64,000 nt of DNA from Halocafeteria seosinensis (lineage: Eukaryota). Where the stretch lies: the NCBI GenBank assembly GCA_001687465.1, contig LVLI01000005.1, positions 186,001 through 250,000 of the forward strand, given 5' to 3'. A model generated the notes under the pieces. That model made no database searches, was not told the DNA's origin, and saw only the letters and a list, made by a program, of their open reading frames with translations. Position numbers and translations under genes: made by a program. Below, piece after piece: positions 1 to 11,400 of the stretch (the first letter of the stretch is position 1; every line of letters starts with the position of its first letter).

Positions 1-381
1 AGATTTTCATCCCACGCACCTTTTAGCGGCAAGAAAATGCCAGGCGCTGAGTAAACGGCAAGCAGGGAGATGAGCGCAGCAATTTAGCCCACAACGGACA
101 GTTCTACCGCCTAACAAACCATTCCATTCAACCCTAAGTGATCTCAATGTTGAGGCGGGTTAAATCAACACTCCCATTAATCGTATTGTAGACAGTCTGT
201 AGCGTGACAGTGAGGAGGTTCACATATTCGCGTCTAGCAATTCAAACACAATTCAAATGCATCGCCAAGTCTGCCGCCGGTATTTTGCGCACTACCGACA
301 CAATTGGTGTATCTATGCATAGGTTTGAATTATTCTAATGTTATTAAACGTGCGATATTGAAAATACATATTGTGGACACG

Positions 382-1571
382 ATGGACAGCGAATCAAAGA
401 CTACCTGTAAAGTCTTTCTACTTCCCAGCGATCCTTCGAAGGGTATGTACCATGATGTATGTTTTCCCCATTCCCTACAATGGATAAAGCTTTTCCGTCT
501 CGCGTCATTCGGTCAGATAGGAAATCATTTAGTGCATCGAGGCTACAGCTCTTAAACCTAAGCATTGAAGGTTCGTATATGCGGCGCGGCTATGGCGTGA
601 GACTGCGTTTGGGTATCTCTTAACACATATACAGATCCTTCAAAGGAACGAAGGAAAGTTTCGTGTCTAGTTGAGGGAGAAAGAGTATATTTTGTCACCT
701 CGGCTGAAGCGGATGTGCCACGAAGCTGGTTCATAGACCAGGAAATTGAGCAAGGTATGCCCAATCTTTACCGAACTTGACGTTTTCTGATACCTACATG
801 TAGTACAATTGTACCGGTATGCTTCCAGATGGGAGACTATACTGCGCAATACCTATTGACCCTCTACTGCTGTTGTTGGACGCACTCTCCCAACACAATC
901 AGAACGTTGTTCCCTTGGATCAACTTCTGTTCGAGAGTGTACCTCCGGAACTCCAGGAACCGATTCGGAAGGCTAACGTCGATCAAGTGTTTGATGTACA
1001 CCGTAGGTTGTCCACTTTCAAAGTTTCAGTTGCCATAGTGTTTTGATTAGTTTTGTCTTTCCCGTTCTCTGCTCACACAGATGTTTCGGGAGAATTGATG
1101 GTGAAATTTAACACCGGAAAAGCAACAAAATGGCTGGGTGCTCATGTCGTACGGCTAGCTGAGGTTCTTGATAGTCTGAATCCATCGAAAGACATTTCTC
1201 AGGGGAAAACTTCGTCTAACCATTTTGTTGATCCAGATTCAGTGTCTCGTCAAAGCGAAACCAACATTGACGGCATCCCGTCGATGCTGTCTCTCCAGGA
1301 TTCTCTCCATCTGATCTCGGAGTTTGTGTCCTCTGGTCTCACGGATTCGGTTAAAACCACGTTGCACATTGCCGAAAAAAAACATTCTGAACCCCAACAA
1401 AAGTATGCCGATGAGAGGCAGCAAGTTGAATCGAGAAGAAACAATGAGCAAACCAACGTCAATGGCAGTAAAGGTGGAACGGAGCAGAAACTAACATCCC
1501 AACAAAAGAAGCTCGCAAAAACGAATCTTAAGGGAATGAAATCAATGCAAAGTTTCTTTGGTAAGAAGTAA
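382..1571 (+). CDS. RNASEH2B: Ribonuclease H2 subunit B (multi-exon)
   Basis: GT-AG spliced reading gives ...VPRSWFIDQEIEQDGRLYCAIPIDPLLLLL..., and the C-terminus has a PIP-box-like end KGMKSMQSFFGKK. ATG at 382, TAA ends at 1571. Confidence 0.85.
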
Positions 1572-1609
1572 ATTACTGACATCGGAAGTTCTATTGGCGA
1601 AAAAATTGG

Positions 1610-2875
1610 TTAATGTTGTCCTACGGGATCGGTCTTTCTAAAGCTTTGAGGAAACAGACGTCTCGTCGGCCCCGCTTCCTTCTGAAGCGTCTCCGAGGAC
1701 CTGTCAACGTTAAAATCATCTGCTATAACCCTGGGACGGCATTGATACGCCAAAGGTTTCTTGCTCTTTTGAAGTTCCTCTCTGCCCCACGGAGTGAGGG
1801 CTAGCGCAACTTTAGTCCAACGCTGAGGGGGCAACGTGTCCCTTGTCTCAGTCTTTTTCAAGCGCATGTCCGTATTCGCATCCAGCAGCTTTTGTTCTCT
1901 CAGCCGTTTTAGCATGTCAACTTTGACGGGATCATTGCTGCTATCTAGTCTGAGCTTTACACCTGTGCGATTTACTGCAAGATATCACGGGTTAAGATAC
2001 AGACTGTAGAGTGCCGCCAAAACGCAAATTCTCACTTAGAAATGGGTCATATCCTCCCTTATCCACGTCATCTAAATATATCCCAGCATTTGATGTGCAC
2101 GTGTCTAAGAATTTTTGATATTGCTGCCGTTTTAGCCGATGGCGTTTAACAGATGACTGCACATTGTAAGGGTCACAAGGTACGTTAAGACAGAATGCTT
2201 CTGGTATGCAAGTAGCGTACCTGTGCTTCCAGAGAGCTCTGGAGTGATTTCGCCAGAGGTTTCCGGATCTGTTGATCCCATGACTTCCACCGCTGAGTCC
2301 TCTTCTGTTCACCATCTACTTCGTGGCTCTCGAGGTATTTACGGGTTCTCATTTGGGTTTCCGTCTCTTTCTGAGGAAGCTACCAGAGTTTTAAAAAAGT
2401 TTGACTTTCCGAACAATCACTACATTCTTACCAGCAAAGCGTTTGCGCGTTCCAACAAACCGCCGGGGTCATTGTCCGCACGTTCCCTCGACGGCACACA
2501 GTGCGATCTGTTTTGTGTTTTTTGGTAAAGTTCGTGCTTTCTTCGAATTCTTTCTTTTCGATTCCTTTCTACATCATTTCGCTGTAGAGGATGCAGCTTT
2601 ATAACCTTCAAGAACGTAGTAACCCGTGTTACGCAGCTTACAATTGTCTTTTCGTTTGATTTTAACGTCTGCACGCTGTATATGGTCGGTGAGCCTCCGG
2701 CACTCTGCATCGTGTTCACTTGGGGCTCTATAAGCGAAAGTACTTGTATCGTAACTTTAACACGTACAATTGTCTTTACTTCAACACTGCCAACTGTGCT
2801 GCTATGAGCCCAAGGTTCCTCGAATCCGGTAATGTCATCGTGGTCGTATTCGAACTCTTCGTCACGGTAATTCAT
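1610..2875 (-). CDS. FAM228-like protein (multi-exon; start uncertain)
   Basis: Spliced exons read ...QRWKSWDQQIRKPL...RQQYQKFLDTCTSNAGIYLDDVDKGGYDPFL...NDPVKVDMLKRLREQ...RDTLPPQRW. This resembles the FAM228 pattern (W..V..PL, FL, YDPF) as I recall it. Confidence 0.45.
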
Positions 2876-3209
2876 CGTGTGCTTCCGTTGTCACTATTTA
2901 AACAATCATCCAAGTCCTATATATTGATCCTGAATACACCAACGGGGTACAAGTACTACAAGAGGCGCCAAAACGCAGGCGGTTGCCGCAACTTCAACCA
3001 CATAGGAAAGTCAGCAAACAATTGTTGGAGCTACGCTTACGGGATTCGGAAAGTCTTTACCAAGTCCCTTTTTAAAGTTTTGAGGTTTTTCCAACTACAG
3101 CACGTTCTTTGCTTTTGTCCGAACCAAATAGCTTGGGTGTATTTGACTGTAGTAGCGTCGTCTTGTATCTGCTCTCTTTCCGTTTTCTTGGATTTCACAG
3201 GCAACTACC

Positions 3210-5601
3210 ATGGCTTCGACCAACGAGGAACCGACTTATGGCACAAAAGATATCCTTTTCCCCCGCGACGCCCTGCATATTTCGTTTCATGACTCTTTTC
3301 CTCTGTTTCAGTTTCATATTACATGTTCTTATGTCGTCTTGCATGTTCTGTATTTCTTTTTCTGCATGTGGATTCTTGATTGCATATCTCAACCTGCATA
3401 TTCGAAAGACGGAGAAAAAAGTCGCTTACACTCCCTAACTCGTTTCGATTGTTTTCCTTTGCACGTGGTTTGATTGTACCGCAGCCGTCAACAGCTCGAG
3501 GAGAACCAACCGTGATAGATGTATCCCCCGACGGCCAGCATCTGATCTACTGCAACTCCACCAACGTCATTGTGCGAGATATCGATGTAAGCGTTTCCAT
3601 CAGTGAGTATGTCACTAACGGGTGTTAGAAATGAAATACAATCTTCCAGGATCCTTCGAAGTGTTTCGTGTACGGCGAGCACCATGCGACGGTCAGAGTA
3701 GCCAAGTTTTCCCCTACAGGGAAGTATGTTGCATCAGGGGATGTTGAAGGAAACATTCGCGTATGGGCTTGGAATCACCCAGAAAATATTCTGAAGAACG
3801 AAGTGAGCATATGATAGCTACCATAACGTTGTTCGTAAGAACATTTGACATGGAAAAGTTTGCAATCGTACCTTCAGACCAACGCGTTTGCGGGAGAAGT
3901 AGAAGACATCTGCTGGGATGGTGAAAGCAAGCGCATACTCGCTGTTGGAGGCGGTCAAATGTATGTGCTTGGGAAGCTTTACGTCATCAAGTGCATTTTA
4001 TAAAATAAATTAAAATGCATGTATTTTCCCTCAGGAAAGCGAAGTTGTTCATGTGGGATAGCGGCTCACAACTCGGGGAGATAGTGCCGCATAGTAAGAA
4101 GAATCTTTCCGGATCGATGCGTCCTTGCCGCCCGTTCCGTTTTGCTGTTGGTGGATTGGATTTCAAGGTTCGTATTATCGGTCTCACTGTGCTGCTGGCG
4201 GGTAGTTCATAATGTTTCTTCCCAGGTGTCGTTTTACACGTGTCCTCCTGCCAAATATTCCAAGGGACTGAAGGAGCATACAAATTTTGTTAACTGCATC
4301 CGCTATTCCCCTTGCGGTGCAAAATTCGTTACTGTCTCCTCGGACAAAACCGGTGTTGTATATGAAGGCAAAGACGGAGAAATGATCGGAAAGTTGGCAG
4401 GCAAGACAGCTCACAAAGGCAGCGTGTACTCTGTTAGCTGGAAATCTGATTCGTCTGCAATGGTCACATCCGGTGCTGATAAGAAGCTTCATGTTTGGAA
4501 TGCTGAGACCCTTGAGTGTGACAAGTCCCTTACCCTAGGTGATACCATTGCCGAAATGCAGCCCGCTGTAGTATGGGCCAGGGATGATCTTGTTATCTCG
4601 CTGTCCCTTAATGGTAACCTGAATCTTTGGAATCCATCTGAGGACTCAGTGTCTCAAACGTGGCAAGGTCATACGGCTCTAATCAATTGCACCTCATATG
4701 GGGATGAAAAGAGCATCATCACCGGAGATATTGAGGGTCGAGTGTGTGCATGGAAACTCAAAGAAGGTTCTCGGGACCACTTCATCGGTAGCGTTGTCGG
4801 AGGAGAACAGCATACCGGCAAGGTTGTTGGGATCTCTTCTGATGGTACTTCTCTTGCTTCTGTAGGCTGGGACGACAAGTTACGTATCGGCACGCTTGAT
4901 GAATTCGAGCACGCTGTCCCTATCGGCGCCCAACCTCGTGGAATGGCTAGCTCCGTTAGCTGCCCTGATTGCCGAGTCGTTATTGTTAGCAGTGGTGTTA
5001 AGGTATTCAAGGGTCCAGAAGAAGCATGTTTTGAAGAAGTGGACTGGTCGCCTACTGCTGTAGCCGTGAGTGAAGATGGGAAACAAGTTGCTGTAGGAGG
5101 CGAAGACTGTATCGTGCACGTTTATTCGATGGATAGCTCCACTGGAAACTTGGCGGAACAAGGAAAGACCAAAGCATGCCACGCTGCCATTGCCAGTATT
5201 GCTTTTTCACCTGATGGGGCTTACATGGCTGTAGGAGATCGCGGCCGAGAAGTAAAATTGTTCAAGGGTTCAGCTCCTTTTGATACTGTAAGAAGTGGCG
5301 ATTGGATGAATCACACGACTCGGGTTACTGGCCTCTCATGGTCACCACATAGCAAGTATCTTTGCTCGGTCTCTTCTGACCGTCGGATTTGCTTCTGGTC
5401 CCCTGAATCTACAGCCGCTGTAAAGTCCATTGATCGTACGTATGCGATTTAGTTTGATACTTGTATTTTAAATAAATTACTGTTACATGTCATGCAGTTG
5501 CTCATCCACAACCATTTTGCGGCGTTGCATGGAAAGAAGAAGGCTGCGTATGGGCTACTGGCGTTGATGGAGTCGTCAAGAAATTTGAAGCACCGATCTA
5601 A
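3210..5601 (+). CDS. WDR1: WD40 actin-interacting protein 1 (AIP1/WDR1)
   Basis: Motifs PQPSTARG, VRVAKFSPTGKYVASGD, RPCRPFRFA, HTNFVNCIRYSPCG, AHKGSVY and WMNHTTRV are typical of AIP1. Exon 1 (3210-3249) joins in frame through an AT-AC intron. TAA at 5599-5601. Confidence 0.92.
3250..3464 (+). other. U12-type AT-AC intron (WDR1 intron 1)
   Basis: 5' end ATATCCTTTT, branch-like CTCCCTAAC at 3431-3439, 3' end GCAC. Removal gives the in-frame protein MASTNEEPTYGTKGGLIVPQPSTARG. Confidence 0.85.
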
Positions 5602-5711
5602 GAAGTCATAAAATAGCACCTTAGCTTTCATTATCCTTCAGTCAAATAAGATAAACAGGGGATTTCACATGATTTTTGTTTTTGTTTTTTTGGGTGTATT
5701 GTTTGATTCTC

Positions 5712-7972
5712 TCAAGCAAAAGGATCAAAATCCATACGCTGATTACCACCCTGTGACGGTGGCGGACCCCAAGCACCAGACTGAGGTGGTACCTGCTGTT
5801 GCTGCTGGTAGTACTGCGGTTGTGGGGCATTCTGATATTGCCCCATATAAGCTTGCGGCTGCATTGGAGGTCCTCCCCACCCTTGTGGCGGCATTTGACC
5901 CCCATATTGCGGAGCATACATGGGAGGATATTGTGGCTGCATTCCCTGGGGTGGCGGGTACATAGGGGCTTGGTGAGGTTGCATGGGTGTATGCTGTTGC
6001 GATGCCATTGAATGTTGCTGGGGAGCTGAACCCTCTAAGCCCGTAGGACGCTTTTCATGTTGAGATTTGGCCATTGACGCCATAGTGGGCCCTTGTTTTC
6101 GAGTGTCCTTCCCTTTCTTCGTTGGCTCTTCGTTCAGATCGAGAGAGACGAGACCATCAAATTCATCGTCCAAACCACTTCCCTTACTTGTACTCCCAGA
6201 AGCAGCATCATTCCCTGCACTGGCAAGATACTCAGCTGCATTGCCCGCATGGTTGGTTGGGGCGTCAGCGAAGAGGTCATCCGGGATAGCCGAACCACTA
6301 TGTGCACTCGAAGATACACCTTGGCCGTGCGAAGGAGGTGAGCCAAATGGATCAGGGTTCATGCTACCCGAACCACCTGTTGTACCGCCAGCGTTGGCTG
6401 GCCCGCTGAAAGGATCAAAGGCATCGTTTGTTTGCGCCGGTGTACTTGCTGGAGGAGATGCGAAAACATCGTCCAATTCATTCTGCGGGGCAGTATCATT
6501 AACAGCCTCGGAATGTCCGTGGGCATGTTCAAAAGAAACATTGGAGCCAGGCTGTTCAAAAGGGTCGAAATCATCTCCACTCTTTCCATTTTGTACGTGA
6601 CCAGTGTTGCCCGCAGGTTCTTCAAAGGGATCAAATTCGTCCCCTTCCTCCTGGTCGAATGGGGAAAACTCTTCTTCAGCTTTCGACTTTCGTTCGCTAG
6701 GCTTCTTTATTTGTGGAGACTGCTGAAACTTGATGTTCATCTTCCCACCACCGTTTCTATTCCTGTTCTCACGAGAATGGTCAGATTCTGGGCTTTGACT
6801 TGGCTCCTTCGCCTTACGTTGTCTGTGAGGCTTTCGTCCTCTTCTTCCCGACGGACTGGAGGACTCTGTAGAAGCAGCTGTATTGGATGTGCTACGGCCA
6901 GAATTCCGATTGTGCTGCCGATGATTATCATCCGAAAATCCTGGAGCGTCTAGGCCATATCTACTCCGTGGTGCGGGGTAGTCCGAAAGTCCGCTGGAGC
7001 CGATCCCCCCTCCAATTCGTGAAGAGCCTGAACACACTTAGGAAGGCTGTGCTATTCAATATGCGGCACTAATTGTGGAAACGAGGACATACCTGCTTGG
7101 TAACCAATACTTCCACCTTTTCCCGCAACTCCGACGAATTTCTTCTGTAACTGCCGTGCTTTTTCCCGTTCCTCCCTTATCCTAGCAGTATCATGCAGAA
7201 TTTCCCTCAGGTACGATGCCTTTTCTCTTACTGCAAATACAATCATTGTAATTGACATAATCTGCTGTGGCTAGCCTGAAGGCGACCAACATACTTCCAC
7301 CGCCACGATCATGGCCCATTTCATCCCGGTACGTGAAATCATTGTACATGCGCACGCGAAACAAATTGGATCTTGCATCATCGATCACCCGCTCCGATCC
7401 TAGTTTCACGAGATGCTCCAGCAACGTTAGTGCCTGCAGCCAGACAAAAAAAGCCGATTGAATATGTGCGGAGCCGCCAACGTCGGCAATCGGTTCTTAC
7501 CTTCAGGATGACTCTCCAATTTTTTCCGTCTTCATCCAGACTTTCCCATATCGCGCTCATTATAATTCGGTACTCCATTCTGTTCTCCTAGGGAAGTCGA
7601 TTGGCATTTTAAGCCATATATGCAGCAGGTTGTTCATACGGAACTTACGGGTCGTGGGTTAGTCTCGCGATTTCATTCATTTGTGTCGTTGAGGCTCCCC
7701 ATTCTTTCTTGGAGAGGATTTCATCTAACTTTTTCTCCGTCTCCGACTTATTTTGGATGGTGTCCTTACTGCGTTCATGACGCAATATACATGTAAATGC
7801 GGCCACAAGGCGAGGGTACATCTCGCAGGGAGCCCCAAGGTGGACAAAAAAGGTATGTTTCGTACGCATTCTCATCGCCGTCACGCAGCGAGATCAGCAA
7901 TTCAACACGATGAGACGATCCTGGTACTACTTACGCTCTTTTGAAAAATTCTTCGGCTTTATTACGTAGCAT
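5712..7972 (-). CDS. ENTH-domain epsin-related clathrin adaptor (epsinR/CLINT1-like)
   Basis: ENTH motifs WGASTTQMNEIA, KNWRVILKALTLLEHL, GSERV and REKA, followed by a long disordered tail with many DPF motifs. First exon MLRNKAEEFFKRA starts at 7972. Confidence 0.88.
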
Positions 7973-8444
7973 TTTTCTTAAATAATGACCTACGAGTGCT
8001 CTGAGGAGTGAAGGCAAGGCAGCCCAGGGTGCTCAAGAAGGCGATTCACTCTCCTTATATGAGGAGATTGCAATATTCTACAAGGTGATAAACTATCGAA
8101 TTCCTAGACAACACATGCGTCGTGCCAGGTATACAACCAACATGTGCATACATAATGCAGCATACTGTGTGAGTGAGCGAAAAGTTTGTCTTCTTCTGGT
8201 CTTGAAATTCGGGTCGAACGCCTTATTATACAGCTTGTTAGGGTTGCATTGGAGGGAATTCTGATAGCTTTTTTGAGTGACAGTGAGTATACTGTCGGTG
8301 TGTCGTTTTGCACATAGAAATACCAAAGATTTTGGGCATGATTCTGGTGTATCTATCGCTTGGAGGAATTGGTAGAACCGTGCATCTCTCCTGATTGGCT
8401 TGTTTATTACGTTTTCGATGGACATTTAGAGGCTCTACCACACC

Positions 8445-11400
8445 ATGTATCGTCATACACTCTATTCGCAGCTGTATGGGGCACTCTCGCGCTCTGCGAG
8501 CTCAATCAGCGGAGGAAATGGGGAAGGACATGCAGCTGGACACTCACAATCGAAACAGCGTGCCATTGATCATCTGTATGAGACAGCGCCCACAGTAGAT
8601 AAATTGGAGCATGGCGTATGTGTTGAAAGGCTATGTGCCTGCAGCTCGTTGCTCAGGATATTCAAAAAGCAGATTTCCGCCGGTGAACACACTGTGAACT
8701 CTGATTCCCGTCTCATTCCGTATCTGCAGAGCTTGATGGAGAATTTGGCTATGTTGAGATATCACAAGACGGCAGTAGAGGTTGCTCTCAATACGATTGA
8801 TTGTGCCATGCTCTTAGCAACGGAAAGTGCGGGCTCCTGGGCAGACTCCGTAATTGAGTCGGTGTTAGGTGGTTTTCGGAAACTCTTGAAGATCAACACG
8901 GCGAAGAAAGAGGAAACTGAGACCATGGGGAGGTTCATTACCTGCTGTCTCGGTCAAGTGCGAAAGTGTTTGATGGCATATCAATGCCCGCAGAATCTCT
9001 CTCACGAGTTGCTCTCTCTGCTGGTCTCTTTCGACCAGGCAACATACAATAACGCAGCTATGTACAGTTCTCTAGGGGTTTCGGAGGATCTACTGACGCA
9101 GTTGCACCTCAGTACTCTGCGTTGCCTTGATGTGGGGATTGAGAAAGGAAACGTTCGTGGTCCTCAAAGCGACAAAGAAGGAGTTTCAGACGCCAGAACT
9201 GGTGACCAGAATACTTTGTTTCACCAGCTCGTGAGGGTTGCGGACAGGCAGTTAAAGTCTCCTTATCCTGAGCTGCGTACGAATGCCTTATCACTACTGG
9301 TGAAAGCTTCACAGTATTTGCAGCGCCTAGACCAACCCCTTCTACATCATATGATTGAGGAGCTTCACGAGATAAAGGAAATTCGATCCCGTACTGATTT
9401 AGATCTTTTCTCTGGTGTTTGTGACGCTCTAGTGAATTTCTCTGGAGCTGAGACATGCGGTAGCGTGACTGACTTTATACAAGTAAAAGGTTTAGAACTT
9501 GGATGCAATTCGGGTAAGAGTGCTTCATTTATCAATTGGGAGGCAAGCAACAAGCTCATGGACTCAATCTTCGATATTTTATGTGGCCAAACCTCATTGT
9601 CAATCAGCAACCATAGTCAAAGAATAACAGCACACTTCTTTGAAGACTGTCATCCTGAGCAAACTCAACAGAACGTAGATCGCGTGAGCCTCTCGGATGC
9701 CTCTGACATGGAAGATAATCCGTCATCGTTAACAGATAGTATTCATCTTAAACTGTTTCAAAGCATAGCGGCAGTTTGTTCACATGCGTTCCAGTTTCGT
9801 GAGAGCAAGGACTCGGCCTCTTCCTACGAAGAGTTTATAAAGAAAGTGAAGGCAGGAATCAACAAAGTATATAAGCTCATACGCAATGAACTTAGAGGTT
9901 TTGAAAAATCCAATAGGAAACGCTGGATTGCACAAATGACGTCGCTTTCCTCTGGTCACACATTCAATAGTTCCCGTATCGCTCATACGGAGAATGGGGA
10001 TTTGAAGTCGGATCCCTCAGAGATGATGAGCGCAATTACGAAACATTACATCGCCGGTTCGACGTATGTAAGGCTCTTGTTGCCTTTCCTGCACAGTCTA
10101 CCTAGTGATGGAGTGGGTGAAACATGTGCGGAGATCTTGTTGAACATATTCACTTCTCAGGTAGAGCGTTTGCCGAAACCTCAGACCTCCAAGGCTACGA
10201 ATGGATCGAACACAGACATCCACAGGGGTCGTGAAGCAGAGACAGTAGCTCTCGAAGCAGCTCAGAGTTTTTCTTGGATCGTGTCTCAATCGCTTGCGAA
10301 TGCGTCTCGCTTGAGCGAGAGTTGGAATCAGACAATTGTTCAGTCTCTCTTGTCCCATTGCGATGAGTGCTTCGATACCTCCCTCTCAGACAAGACAATC
10401 GCTTTGTCTCCGCAAGTAGTTTCACCTTGTCTGAAGTACATCGTAGCGAACCTGAGGCCAGATCTGTACCCGTGGCAAGATACCGCATTGAAAGATATTC
10501 ATAGCCAAATTCTATCCAGAATATCGCAAATGGGACGGGTTGCTCTGCAAGAAATACAGAAGGACGGGCAACCTGAAGCGTCTACACAAGGATCGAAACC
10601 CCTGCGCCGAGGGTTGTTTGGTAGACCGAAGAGTCCGAAGAAGACTTTAACCAACTCATCAAGTCAAGGGAGTGCTCGAAGAGTTTACCCCTACCATTAT
10701 CTTTTGGATCATATAGGTTATTTGCTTCCAGTCTTGGCAGAAGCAATGAACCAGATATGGTGCCAGCGTCGCACCACCGATATTCCAAAACCTGGACGAG
10801 CATGGAAAGAAGTGTGGCTTATTCTGGTTTCCTGCAAATTTTTTAGCACTCACGTTTGGCCGCAGTCATGGGTTGATTCTGTGAGAACGATAGCGCTCTT
10901 TGCTCCTCCATGTACGTTCGGTCGCGAGTCAGCTGAGTACCAGGCGAAAATTGACTCGTTGTGTCAGCTCGTCCTGGGTGGTAATCATGGATATCAGCAT
11001 GCCCTTCGGGAAGACCTGACAGCGTCGTTGCTCAAAATCCCGCATGTGAATAAAGAGCAGCTGCAGTTGTTACCTGCGTCTCAAATCGTATACTTGCATG
11101 CGATCTACGTACTAGAGTCGACGAGGATTTTGTGCCTACACGGAAAGTCGAAACTCGAGCAACAGACAATGGAGAATGCATTTGTGAGCATCTTTGCGTA
11201 TTTCCAGGACTCTATATTTTACCACGCTTTGCGAGGGAATTCGGCCACGGACAAAGACGATAGTATCCGTCAAATTTATAGTATCAGTGGTAAGTCAGGG
11301 CGAGGAAGTACCGCTCCGTCACATCGATCGAGAATACTCCTCAATGATATATCATTCCTTGGGGACAAATATTGTTTGGTGCTTGGTAAAATCGCTGATG

